56,722 nucleotides of DNA from a virus. Lineage: Duplodnaviria > Caudoviricetes. The notes below the pieces were generated by a model, which worked only from the letters and a program-made list of their open reading frames with translations, was not told the DNA's origin and made no database searches. The stretch lies in IMG/VR virus record IMGVR_UViG_3300031519_010435, positions 1 to 56,722 of that record. One strand, 5' to 3'. Within the stretch, counting starts at the first letter, position 1, and every line of letters begins with the position of its first letter. Positions 47,541 to 55,811 of the stretch are shown here, in pieces. A program made the translations under genes and the position numbers.

Positions 47541-47726
47541 ATGAAAACATTAGCGAGCAGATTACTTTATAGAGTGGGGCATTTAGTTAGTATCTTTTTG
47601 CGTTTTGATTTATTTGCCTTTCTACATCCTGTTTATAGCAAAATAATGTTTTGGAGTATGGAGTTAGACATAGATCGCAAAGTTTGGAAAATGACAATAA
47701 ATAAAAGAAAATTGCACGATAAATGA
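47541..47726 (+). CDS. small hydrophobic protein, tandem paralog 1
   Basis: MKTLASRLLYRVGHLVS... Confidence 0.7.
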   Translation: MKTLASRLLYRVGHLVSIFLRFDLFAFLHPVYSKIMFWSMELDIDRKVWKMTINKRKLHDK

Positions 47727-47887
47727 AAACATTAGCAAGTAGATTACTTTATTATATGGGACACTTAATTAGTGTCTTGTTATATTGCGATTTACTTTCA
47801 TTCCTTTATCCTGTTTATAAAAAATTAATGATTTTAAGTTCTGACCTTGACAAAGATGGAAAAGTGTGGGAGAGTACAAATAAATGA
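47723..47887 (+). CDS. small hydrophobic protein, tandem paralog 2 (54 aa)
   Basis: Not in the ORF track; MKTLASRLLYYMGHLIS...LD.D.KVW, with ATGA overlaps on both sides. Confidence 0.7.
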   Translation: MKTLASRLLYYMGHLISVLLYCDLLSFLYPVYKKLMILSSDLDKDGKVWESTNK

Positions 47888-48210
47888 TTAATTGGATTAA
47901 AATTGAAAATGACGAGCGAAGTTTTCCCGAACAAGGAAGAAGGTTGCTTTATTTTTTTGAAGGTACAGGTGTATGGGTAGGCTTTTATTATGGCAGAGAT
48001 GAAGATTATCCTTGTTCGAATAATCATGTCTTTGGAAGCAACACAGGATTCTTAACAGGAGATGTGACTCATTATTGCTATATTGATTACCCCGAAGGTG
48101 AAGATGTAGAGTGGAGAGTTGACGCAGATAGAGAATTTTTTGAAGAAACTAAACTTCAAATAAATAAAATGAAAGAACCTACTAGACATGAAAACATTGC
48201 ACACAACTAA
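47884..48210 (+). CDS. DUF551-like hypothetical protein
   Basis: WIKIE....PE...VTHY pattern. Confidence 0.6.
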   Translation: MINWIKIENDERSFPEQGRRLLYFFEGTGVWVGFYYGRDEDYPCSNNHVFGSNTGFLTGDVTHYCYIDYPEGEDVEWRVDADREFFEETKLQINKMKEPTRHENIAHN

Positions 48211-48421
48211 AAATCGCAAATATGAAAAAAATATATAAAAATTGGTTTATTCATAATATCATTGCTCATCCATTGAGTGAAATTGTTTATTGGCTTACTC
48301 GTCCATTCGGAATTAAATTCGCAGAGGATGCTTCGGGCTATGTGCATGATGGTACAATTCCCGAATCCGAATCGGAAAGGGCATCGGGTCGAGGGTGAAA
48401 ACATTGCACACAACTAAAAAT
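48189..48421 (+). repeat. 26-bp direct repeat TGAAAACATTGCACACAACTAAAAAT at 48189-48214 and 48396-48421
   Basis: Identical copies read directly from the sequence. Confidence 0.9.
48222..48398 (+). CDS. small hypothetical protein (58 aa) between the direct repeats
   Basis: Not in the ORF track; MKKIYKNWFIHNIIAHPLSE...HDGTIP...GRG. Confidence 0.6.
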   Translation: MKKIYKNWFIHNIIAHPLSEIVYWLTRPFGIKFAEDASGYVHDGTIPESESERASGRG

Positions 48422-48688
48422 TGCGTTTACAGAAAGTTTTTGCACAAACTATTAAAGCATGGCAAAATAAGTGGTAAGTTTTATAAGTTTATTTGTAGAA
48501 ACTTCCCTTATCGAGTTACCGCAAGAGAAGTAACAACTTGCGTCAGAATGGTTCTTGATGGCTTGATGACTGAAAACAAAGCTATTGCCACTTTACAAGG
48601 AGCAGAAACAGAACTTAAAAGACAAAAAGAGTTGTACAATTCAAACGTGGAGTGTAGAAAGAAAATAGGATGGAAGCAAATAAATTGA
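48395..48688 (+). CDS. hypothetical protein
   Basis: GTGA overlap, 97 aa. Confidence 0.6.
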   Translation: MKTLHTTKNCVYRKFLHKLLKHGKISGKFYKFICRNFPYRVTAREVTTCVRMVLDGLMTENKAIATLQGAETELKRQKELYNSNVECRKKIGWKQIN

Positions 48689-48718
48689 ATACTTTAATTT
48701 TAATTTTATTATAAATAA

Positions 48719-49138
48719 ATGGCATCCTTTAAAGATTTAAAATTTGAAAAACATCATTGTATAGAAGATGCTGTAATTGCAAGGCATAACTTTAAAAATA
48801 GACATTCTATTATCGCTCAAGCTAATAAAAGATATTATGATGGAGAGTCGTATATCCATAAAGACGAAGGGCATGAACATCTTGAAATAAGAGGTAATAG
48901 AGACTATAAAGATAAAAAATTAATTAAAGAAAACTATCAAGTAGTTCTTATTGATGAAAATGACAATTTCATGGAATTAGATAGCACTCGTAGGCAAGTC
49001 TTAGAATTTTCATCTATAGATGAAATAAATGAATTATTTAAAAAAATAGAAAAAAACATTGAAATTTTTATAAAAAATATCTATAATGAAAGAGAAGCTT
49101 ACTTGCTAGAAAAACTAAATCTTGAATATGAACGATAA
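48719..49138 (+). CDS. hypothetical protein
   Basis: 139-aa ORF. Confidence 0.65.
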   Translation: MASFKDLKFEKHHCIEDAVIARHNFKNRHSIIAQANKRYYDGESYIHKDEGHEHLEIRGNRDYKDKKLIKENYQVVLIDENDNFMELDSTRRQVLEFSSIDEINELFKKIEKNIEIFIKNIYNEREAYLLEKLNLEYER

Positions 49139-49268
49139 AGAAAGACTAAAAAAAAGAGAAGAAAGAAAAAAAGCTTTTAAAAAACTAAGCGAAGAAGATA
49201 AAGCATTAATATTTAGAAACAGAGAAGGTGGGCGCAAAAAACCTACTAAATCAAACAAACCCAAATAG
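49128..49268 (+). CDS. small basic protein (46 aa)
   Basis: Not in the ORF track; fills the gap. Confidence 0.4.
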   Translation: MNDKERLKKREERKKAFKKLSEEDKALIFRNREGGRKKPTKSNKPK

Positions 49269-49281
49269 AAAAAAATAAATT

Positions 49282-49455
49282 ATGAGTTTAGAACCTGACG
49301 ACAATACAAAATGGCTAGGATGGAGAATTGGAACGGCACTAGATAAGCAAACAGAAGAGATATCAGAATTGAATAATTCAATTCGTAATCTGCAAAAAAC
49401 TATGATTGAGATTAGTGTAAAACTAAGCGACATTATTGAGAGTGATGAATCTTGA
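49282..49455 (+). CDS. small coiled-coil protein (57 aa)
   Basis: Not in the ORF track; MSLEPDDNTKWLGW..., stop overlaps the next TTG start. Confidence 0.5.
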   Translation: MSLEPDDNTKWLGWRIGTALDKQTEEISELNNSIRNLQKTMIEISVKLSDIIESDES

Positions 49456-49889
49456 ATCAAGATAAAATATATGATGTTTCTGTTTTTGTAGAGCAGATGG
49501 CATCAATAAAAGTGAAAGCGTCTTCTCAAAGAGATGCTGACGAAAAAACAAGAAGAGTTATAGAGGATTATAATGATCTTCAAAACGATGATAAAAAAGT
49601 CATACCTTATTTACCATTTGAAATATCGGAAATAGATTATTCATTTTATAGTGTTATTGACGAAGAGTTATTTCCTCTCGCCAAAAGCGAAGAGTCTTTT
49701 CAACCAGTATATAATTCAATATTAAAAGGGTCTGATACTCAGCTAATGAAATTAATGTCTGAATACGAAGAAGTCACAGAAGATGTTATTGAAGAAATTA
49801 ACCGAGAAGCCTCCGCAGAAAAAGACATTAAGAACCCCGAAGATTTTGTAAAACTTAGATCTGATGAAGGTAAATTAAAATTTAAATAA
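49452..49889 (+). CDS. hypothetical protein
   Basis: 145 aa, N-terminal Y.V.V......V.ASS..DA motif. Confidence 0.6.
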   Translation: MNQDKIYDVSVFVEQMASIKVKASSQRDADEKTRRVIEDYNDLQNDDKKVIPYLPFEISEIDYSFYSVIDEELFPLAKSEESFQPVYNSILKGSDTQLMKLMSEYEEVTEDVIEEINREASAEKDIKNPEDFVKLRSDEGKLKFK

Positions 49890-49895
49890 ATATTT

Positions 49896-50129
49896 CTATT
49901 TATCTAGTTTTTCAAATATTTTTATAACATCTGATCTTCTGTCTTCTAAAAGTCTTTGTGTTTGACTCCATCTTTCACAATCTCTTGCGCCATTCTTAGC
50001 TAAATCTACTTCTATAGTTCTAAGTTTTTCCCCGATTTTATCCACTCTAATGCTTTCTTTTTTTAAAAAAAAAGCTATAAGAGACATAAGCCCACCAAGG
50101 GCAAGCATTATTAATTCGTATATTTCCAT
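49896..50129 (-). CDS. single-TM + coiled-coil protein (holin/lysis-like)
   Basis: N-terminal TM followed by a coiled coil; preceded by GTGTATATATAAGT. Confidence 0.6.
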   Translation of the reverse strand: MEIYELIMLALGGLMSLIAFFLKKESIRVDKIGEKLRTIEVDLAKNGARDCERWSQTQRLLEDRRSDVIKIFEKLDK

Positions 50130-50150
50130 ACTTATATATACACTTTTTAA

Positions 50151-50179
50151 TTGACATGAATGAATATATATGAGAGGAT
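50151..50179 (+). promoter_or_regulatory. sigma70-like promoter for uvsE
   Basis: TTGACA(50151)-N17-GAGGAT (weak -10), then 7 nt to ATG 50187. Confidence 0.45.
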
Positions 50180-50186
50180 AGGCTTT

Positions 50187-51230
50187 ATGGTAGAAGAAAT
50201 AATAAGATTAGGATTAACTTGTATTAGCGAAGAATTGAAACAAAAAGATAAGAAAAAGTATTCTTTTCGCTCAATGACTCGCAGAGGATTTAGAAGTCTT
50301 TGCACTAAAGATGGTAAAGAAAAGGCTATTTTCGAGCTTTCTTCTAGGATTTTACACAATGTGCGCGTGACTCGTTATATCATTAATCATTGCAATAATA
50401 GTAAAATTTCTCATTATCGCCTAAGCTCTTCAATTTTTCCGTTAATTACTGATGATCAAACAGACGTTACCCTTACTGATTTGCCCGATTATTTATCAAT
50501 AAATGAAGAGCTTTCCTTGACAGGTAAAATGGCAAAAAAGTTTAATATATCTTTAGGCTCTCATCCCGATCAATTTAACGTTCTTGCATCAAGTAATAAA
50601 GATGCAGTAAGTAGAACTATCAATGAGTTGAATTTCCAAGCAAGTGTTCTTGATATGCTAGGTTTACCTCAAGACCATACTGCACCAATGAATATTCACA
50701 TTAATGCTCCCTTACCTAGAGTAGAAAATGAAGACGTCAAGGAAGGTGTTGATCCCGAATCTCTCTTAAATCATAAGATCGCTGAAGTCGCAGAGAATTT
50801 TTATGACAACTTAATGAAATGTGATAGTGGGGTTTATAATAGATTAACAATAGAAAATGAAGATCGTGGAGCATGGAACGTTGATAGTATAATTAAGTTT
50901 AGTGATTATATTTTCCAACAATTTAAATTCAATTTGCCTGTTTGTTATGACAACCTTCATGATATTTGTAATCCTTCTGAAGTTTTAAATATACAATGGC
51001 AAGCAGAGAGATGCGCTTATACATGGGCAGAAGAATGTCCCCCTATATTTCATTGGTCTGAAGGAGTTTCTAGTAAAGAGAAAAATCCTAGATGTCATGC
51101 TGAGTATTATTCGCATAGATATGCTCCACCGCTAATTGCAATAAAACCCGATCAAGAAGTTAAATGGGAGTGTGAGGTAAAAGGTAAAGATTTAGCGATA
51201 AAAGCATTAAGAGAAAGTTTTAGTAGATAA
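50187..51230 (+). CDS. uvsE: UV-damage endonuclease (UvsE/UVDE)
   Basis: RLG..CIS, YRLSSSIFP, HPDQFNVLAS, NIH, IENED, YDNLH, FHWSE, HAEY and EVKGKDLA. Confidence 0.9.
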   Translation: MVEEIIRLGLTCISEELKQKDKKKYSFRSMTRRGFRSLCTKDGKEKAIFELSSRILHNVRVTRYIINHCNNSKISHYRLSSSIFPLITDDQTDVTLTDLPDYLSINEELSLTGKMAKKFNISLGSHPDQFNVLASSNKDAVSRTINELNFQASVLDMLGLPQDHTAPMNIHINAPLPRVENEDVKEGVDPESLLNHKIAEVAENFYDNLMKCDSGVYNRLTIENEDRGAWNVDSIIKFSDYIFQQFKFNLPVCYDNLHDICNPSEVLNIQWQAERCAYTWAEECPPIFHWSEGVSSKEKNPRCHAEYYSHRYAPPLIAIKPDQEVKWECEVKGKDLAIKALRESFSR

Positions 51231-51234
51231 TTTA

Positions 51235-51310
51235 GCCACTTTAGCTCAGTTGGTAGAGCGCCTCATTTGTAATGAGGATGTCGTCAGTTCGACTCTGACA
51301 GGTAGCTCCA
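51235..51310 (+). tRNA. tRNA-Thr(TGT)
   Basis: Cloverleaf; anticodon stem CCTCA/TGAGG with loop TTTGTAA; TTCGA T-loop; encoded CCA. Confidence 0.92.
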
Positions 51311-51315
51311 TTTTA

Positions 51316-51390
51316 ATGAGTTATATAATAATAGCGATTATCGGGTATTATATCGGAATCAAGATATATGAGTTTTTATTTGAGAAATAA
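51316..51390 (+). CDS. 24-aa hydrophobic peptide between tRNAs
   Basis: MSYIIIAIIGYYIGIKIYEFLFEK fills nearly the whole spacer. Confidence 0.35.
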   Translation: MSYIIIAIIGYYIGIKIYEFLFEK

Positions 51391-51395
51391 TACTA

Positions 51396-51469
51396 GTCCT
51401 AGTAGCCAAGTGGTAAGGCAGGAGTCTGCAAAACTCTCATCATCGGTTCGATTCCGATCTAGGACTCCA
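51396..51469 (+). tRNA. tRNA-Cys(GCA)
   Basis: Acceptor GTCCTAG/CTAGGAC, loop CTGCAAA, U73 discriminator, CCA. Confidence 0.92.
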
Positions 51470-51470
51470 T

Positions 51471-51556
51471 GCGGATGTGGCGGAATCGGTAGACGCTACA
51501 GACTTAAAATCTGTTGCCCATAGGGCGTGTGGGTTCAATTCCCACCATCCGCACCA
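51471..51556 (+). tRNA. tRNA-Leu(TAA)
   Basis: Acceptor GCGGATG/CATCCGC, loop CTTAAAA, long variable arm, ACCA. Confidence 0.93.
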
Positions 51557-51564
51557 TTTTTTTA

Positions 51565-51593
51565 TTGACAGATTCTAAAATTTTTGCTACTTT
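51565..51593 (+). promoter_or_regulatory. sigma70-like promoter
   Basis: TTGACA(51565)-N17 with TGn-TACTTT(51588). Confidence 0.6.
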
Positions 51594-51643
51594 GATATTA
51601 TAACAAACAAGAATCTTGCTTGAACAATATAAAAAATAATACA

Positions 51644-51880
51644 ATGAATAGATTTAACTTAGAAGATGCAATTAGTAAAATGTTTAACACAGACGAAGAG
51701 TTGGAAATTCTTTTATATAAGATCGGAGACTCTCCTGTCCCCCTTACAGAAGATGAGACGCTGAATATAATCATTGGAATTAGGGAGTTAAATAAAGTTA
51801 GATGGGAAAGATTGTGGGATAGTTTTGAAGATGGAATTAAGAATGGAACAATATCAAATAAAAATACAGAAGGATTATAA
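51644..51880 (+). CDS. hypothetical protein
   Basis: MNRFNLEDAI... Confidence 0.65.
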   Translation: MNRFNLEDAISKMFNTDEELEILLYKIGDSPVPLTEDETLNIIIGIRELNKVRWERLWDSFEDGIKNGTISNKNTEGL

Positions 51881-51881
51881 A

Positions 51882-52361
51882 ATGATTAAGATACTTATCA
51901 CTATAACTTTAATTTTTTTATCTTTGTCGAACCTTTCTTCGTCAGATATTGACTATTCTCAAACCCCTACTGCTATTCAAATTAATGGGAAATGGACTTT
52001 CGCTAGAGGTGGAACTATAGATCGTTTATTATCTAAAGGGTATATGATTGACCCTAACAACCCCACTTGTTTAAAACCCAATCCTCTTCACCCTAGATAT
52101 GACGAATTAATTAGAAACCTAAAGCCTAAAATGGTAGCATCTACGAATTTTACTCCTAAAAGTAAAAATAATTCCTTGACTTCAGTAAGTTTTTCGGGTA
52201 ATGTTTACAGGATGGAAAAAGATTATGTTTGGATTTTAATTGATGATATTTTTATTAAATTGAGCAAAAACAATAAAACCATAGAAACGTCGATTCATAG
52301 AAATTTAAAATCTAGTGCTTTCGATCAATACGAATACCAAAAACAAAAACAAAATGATTAA
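51882..52361 (+). CDS. putative secreted protein
   Basis: Signal-peptide-like MIKILITITLIFLSLSNLSS. Confidence 0.6.
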   Translation: MIKILITITLIFLSLSNLSSSDIDYSQTPTAIQINGKWTFARGGTIDRLLSKGYMIDPNNPTCLKPNPLHPRYDELIRNLKPKMVASTNFTPKSKNNSLTSVSFSGNVYRMEKDYVWILIDDIFIKLSKNNKTIETSIHRNLKSSAFDQYEYQKQKQND

Positions 52362-52746
52362 TACGATAGAAACTTGGCAAGCTCCCAAAAAAGCGCAGTT
52401 GGCAATAATTGACTTGGCAATAACTCACATCAAAAAAGTTATCAGCAACCCCGAAGTTAAAACTGAAGGAGATAACTTTGACTATTGGAATAGTTATGAT
52501 CTAGGAGATGGTAATTATATAGATTATAATATTTATTGCGGAGACGATTGGTGTGTACTTAAACAAGATGGTTCGGGAGAGTATGAATTTACTGATCCTA
52601 GCACATGGTCTTGGGGTGTTGCTTGCTATGCAGTCGATCCACCAACTAAAGAAAATAAGTATCATCAAATAGACACAGGCAGAGAACAATATTTATTCAG
52701 TTACAATAATAGTTATGGCAATTTTGAGGTGGAATTTGATGACTAA
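52354..52746 (+). CDS. hypothetical protein
   Basis: ORF overlapping both neighbours. Confidence 0.65.
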   Translation: MINTIETWQAPKKAQLAIIDLAITHIKKVISNPEVKTEGDNFDYWNSYDLGDGNYIDYNIYCGDDWCVLKQDGSGEYEFTDPSTWSWGVACYAVDPPTKENKYHQIDTGREQYLFSYNNSYGNFEVEFDD

Positions 52747-52915
52747 TACAGAGTTTATCAAAGTAACTGAAATGTGGCAAGATGGAAAATACCTTGAAGT
52801 TGGAGAGTTAATTAATAAAGAAGAGTGGAAAGCTTCAAAGATTGCAGAATTTTGTGCTTATTTAAATAAATACTTAGGGAAGAGAGAACTTGATTTTTTT
52901 TATAAATTTTTATAA
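52739..52915 (+). CDS. hypothetical protein
   Basis: MTNTEFIKV... Confidence 0.55.
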   Translation: MTNTEFIKVTEMWQDGKYLEVGELINKEEWKASKIAEFCAYLNKYLGKRELDFFYKFL

Positions 52916-52923
52916 AATTATAG

Positions 52924-52952
52924 TTGACAATTAATAACTAATTTAGTAGAGT
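52924..52952 (+). promoter_or_regulatory. sigma70-like promoter
   Basis: TTGACA(52924)-N17-TAGAGT(52947). Confidence 0.55.
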
Positions 52953-52961
52953 AGCATAATC

Positions 52962-53540
52962 ATGAGCGGAGAAGGACATACAACAAGTTTCAAAAGAACA
53001 ACACAGACTACCAAGTCTAATAAACAACTCTTAGAGGAGTTTAAAGATTTAGCTTATTCTAGCAAGAGGGTTACGTCTCATATGAAATGGTACGGCAAAG
53101 AACATAGTGTTGAACTTGTAGAGCATGGAGATGAAGAGCAACCAAAGTGGAGGCAAGAAAGCGTTGCAATTAAAGATACTTTTGAATTTTATATTAGCAC
53201 TTATGAATCTTGGTATAGAGATGCAAATAATTACGAGTGTCACGAAACAGAGGGTAGTTTTGTTTCTCTTGCTAGAGAATTTGCACATAATAATAAATTA
53301 ATGTATTTTCCCGATGGTTTTCCTGCTGAATGGATTGAGCAAGAAATAATTGATGGAGAAAAACATTGGAATCATTATAATGTAAAGTCCGATGATAAAA
53401 ACATTGACAAGATATGCGAAGTATACTATGATTATGGCATGGCTAAACTTAAAGAAGATAACAAAGAATTTTGGTATCAAGCTAGAGATAAAATCAAACA
53501 ATTAATGGAAAATAGATATGAGTGTGAATACGCAAGATAA
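52962..53540 (+). CDS. hypothetical protein
   Basis: 192-aa ORF. Confidence 0.7.
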   Translation: MSGEGHTTSFKRTTQTTKSNKQLLEEFKDLAYSSKRVTSHMKWYGKEHSVELVEHGDEEQPKWRQESVAIKDTFEFYISTYESWYRDANNYECHETEGSFVSLAREFAHNNKLMYFPDGFPAEWIEQEIIDGEKHWNHYNVKSDDKNIDKICEVYYDYGMAKLKEDNKEFWYQARDKIKQLMENRYECEYAR

Positions 53541-53541
53541 A

Positions 53542-53721
53542 ATGAATATAGTTCCTAGCAACGATCAAGGAGAAGATTTTGAAATGACTAGCCACTTTGC
53601 TTGGCTTAAAGTCGGAGATTATTCTCTTCAGATTGTTAATGATGCTGACGAATTAAGGGTAAGAGTTTATCCTTTTGGAGGTGAGTTGGAAGAGATTGAT
53701 GCTCTATATATCCCCAAATGA
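53542..53721 (+). CDS. hypothetical protein
   Basis: ORF in a coupled run; alternative start at 53518. Confidence 0.55.
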   Translation: MNIVPSNDQGEDFEMTSHFAWLKVGDYSLQIVNDADELRVRVYPFGGELEEIDALYIPK

Positions 53722-53903
53722 GTTTTATATCTTACATTGCAGTTGATTGGGACAAAGCGAACCCAATTTTACCACGAAGACCAATTCTAATGACAAAGAC
53801 AGAAGCATTTAAATTAAATAAACAATTACTCTTGAATGGCGAAAAGAAAAGATATATCAGAGAAGAACTAGGTTTAAGTTTGAACAATTCAAATAAAAAA
53901 TAA
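53718..53903 (+). CDS. hypothetical protein
   Basis: ATGA overlap. Confidence 0.55.
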   Translation: MSFISYIAVDWDKANPILPRRPILMTKTEAFKLNKQLLLNGEKKRYIREELGLSLNNSNKK

Positions 53904-53904
53904 T

Positions 53905-54183
53905 ATGAGCGTAAAAGATAGTCATTTAACAATTAGAGAAGATTTGGTCAAAGAAGGTTTATCTGTACCTGTTTGGTTTTTAGATTACAAAGAGGATACT
54001 CATGTAGAAGATACTACTACATTAAACATTGATTGTGATTACTGTACCGATGGAGAAGAGTTGAATCCTTGGGGAGCAAATATTATAGTAAAAATTACCG
54101 ACCCTAATCAAGTTGATAAATATGGCGAACCTTGGAAAGACAGGTTAGCTTTTGCCATGTCAGTAGATTTTGATTGGAATTAG
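53905..54183 (+). CDS. hypothetical protein
   Basis: 92-aa ORF. Confidence 0.6.
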   Translation: MSVKDSHLTIREDLVKEGLSVPVWFLDYKEDTHVEDTTTLNIDCDYCTDGEELNPWGANIIVKITDPNQVDKYGEPWKDRLAFAMSVDFDWN

Positions 54184-54212
54184 TAATATAAATAGATAGA
54201 AAGATTATAAAT

Positions 54213-54455
54213 ATGAATGTATATGATTATAGGAAACAAAACTTTGTAATGAATGATTTCATGCACCACTTAAAAGGATTGGTTGCTCAAGTTGGTCATG
54301 ATGTTGATAGCATGACTGATTCAAATTTCAACCCTAACGATTGCTCTTCTTTTGTAAAGCTACAAGAATTTTTGGGAATAGATGATGATTGGTTTAATGA
54401 TCACTCTTTCGATCCTTATTCGGGAATTTGGTCAAAAAATAAAAAAAAGGATTAA
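54213..54455 (+). CDS. hypothetical protein
   Basis: 80-aa ORF. Confidence 0.6.
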   Translation: MNVYDYRKQNFVMNDFMHHLKGLVAQVGHDVDSMTDSNFNPNDCSSFVKLQEFLGIDDDWFNDHSFDPYSGIWSKNKKKD

Positions 54456-54504
54456 TCATGGGATACAATTTAACAAACGAAAAGGATAATATATATATTA
54501 AATC

Positions 54505-54738
54505 ATGAAAGTACTAGGAGAAAATAAAAAAGGAACAAAAATACTTTTAAATAAAGAAGAGGCTATAATGGTTTTTACTAAAGATGGAGTAAAAATATCA
54601 GCACCTCAAGCTCTATTAAAAAGTAGCCTTTCTGAAGAAGAGGCTTTTGAATATATTAAAAAAAATAACCCCACATTAAATATTTTTATGGATTTAATGA
54701 ATCATTTGCATGAAAAACATGGGGGCGATATTAAATAA
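54505..54738 (+). CDS. hypothetical protein
   Basis: 77-aa ORF, TAATG-coupled to the next gene. Confidence 0.6.
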   Translation: MKVLGENKKGTKILLNKEEAIMVFTKDGVKISAPQALLKSSLSEEEAFEYIKKNNPTLNIFMDLMNHLHEKHGGDIK

Positions 54739-55016
54739 TGTGGAATTACAGAATAATTAAAACAGAAATAAAGGGTCAACCCGATCAGTACGGATTATTT
54801 GAAGTTATATATAATGACGATAAAGAAATTTCTGCTCATACAGAAAGAGCCGAAATAGTAGGGGAAAGTCCCGAAGAAATAGTTCAAACTTTAAGGTTAA
54901 TGCTTAATGACGCAAATAAATCTTATTATAATGTTTTAAACTATAAAGAAATAAAATTTGCTCCACTCTATGATGAGAATGAAAAATCCGAAGTAATAAC
55001 TTTAGACGAACTATAA
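54738..55016 (+). CDS. phage hypothetical protein (WNYRI type)
   Basis: MWNYRIIK...Y.L.EV.Y.D....A.T.....G.S..E...L..M..D pattern, common in phage early regions. Confidence 0.65.
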   Translation: MWNYRIIKTEIKGQPDQYGLFEVIYNDDKEISAHTERAEIVGESPEEIVQTLRLMLNDANKSYYNVLNYKEIKFAPLYDENEKSEVITLDEL

Positions 55017-55021
55017 AAAGA

Positions 55022-55318
55022 ATGAAAATAACAATAACTAATTATAATAGAACTTATAGTGCAGAAACTGATGAAGATGTAGATGTAGAAAGTTTAGCAG
55101 ATATATTCAAAGGCTTGATGGTAAACATGGGGTATCATCCAAGCAATGTAGATGAATTATTTAATACAGAATATAAATGGTTCACTCAAGAAGAAATAGA
55201 TGAGAATAGACAAGGTCATCTAAAGGTTGATCAAAAAATGCTAGACAAAAAAGTGAAGACTTGGCAAAATAATCTATATAAACAAGATGGCGAAGATATG
55301 TTTTCAAATAACAAATAA
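55022..55318 (+). CDS. hypothetical protein
   Basis: 98-aa ORF. Confidence 0.6.
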   Translation: MKITITNYNRTYSAETDEDVDVESLADIFKGLMVNMGYHPSNVDELFNTEYKWFTQEEIDENRQGHLKVDQKMLDKKVKTWQNNLYKQDGEDMFSNNK

Positions 55319-55322
55319 TACA

Positions 55323-55511
55323 ATGACTTTATACCAAGCTAAAGAGAATAGTTCCCATGACGTTAGAGGAGCGCCCGACAGAGACAGATCGACAGGGGAA
55401 TGGTGGCGTGCCAATACTCGTTTCGCAGGTAAAACGCCTAAGCTTCCCTCAAGTAAGCAAAACGCCAAGGGGGCATTCGGTGGGAAAAGAAAAAAAGGAC
55501 TTGACAAATAA
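55323..55511 (+). CDS. small basic hypothetical protein
   Basis: ATG 55323; locally higher GC. Confidence 0.45.
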   Translation: MTLYQAKENSSHDVRGAPDRDRSTGEWWRANTRFAGKTPKLPSSKQNAKGAFGGKRKKGLDK

Positions 55512-55529
55512 CACATAATAACTTATAAT
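55501..55529 (+). promoter_or_regulatory. consensus sigma70 promoter
   Basis: TTGACA(55501)-N17-TATAAT(55524), perfect consensus. Confidence 0.8.
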
Positions 55530-55589
55530 ACTAAAGATATGAGGCTTGCAGAAAAGAATGTTTAACAAAATGCAAGGAATATAAATGCG

Positions 55590-55811
55590 ATGAATACTAG
55601 ACTATATAAATTACTTAAAACAGATGGAGAGGCTAGAAAAGCTAAAGCTCTAATGACCCTTCATCTATTAGATGAGAAATCAGTAGGAATAGGAGATCAT
55701 TCGACTGAAGATTTTTATAACAATGCAAAAGAAGCATTATCTGAGTTAGCTACTGCTGAAGATGAATTAATCATTCTAGATAAATATGTAAGTGGAGACT
55801 ATGAAGATTAA
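55590..55811 (+). CDS. phage hypothetical protein (VGIGDH type)
   Basis: KA...L.L....VGIGDHS...A.AED motif. Confidence 0.65.
   Translation: MNTRLYKLLKTDGEARKAKALMTLHLLDEKSVGIGDHSTEDFYNNAKEALSELATAEDELIILDKYVSGDYED

Noticed and set aside
47541-47887. Paired similar sequences as a DGR template/variable repeat
   Set aside because: The differences are not adenine-specific, both copies are intact ORFs, and no reverse transcriptase lies in the window
326-55516. Most short minus-strand and nested ORFs in the track (e.g. 326-823, 16969-17280, 22629-22988, 44742-45086, 48207-48413)
   Set aside because: They overlap well-supported + strand genes and have no recognisable motifs or upstream signals
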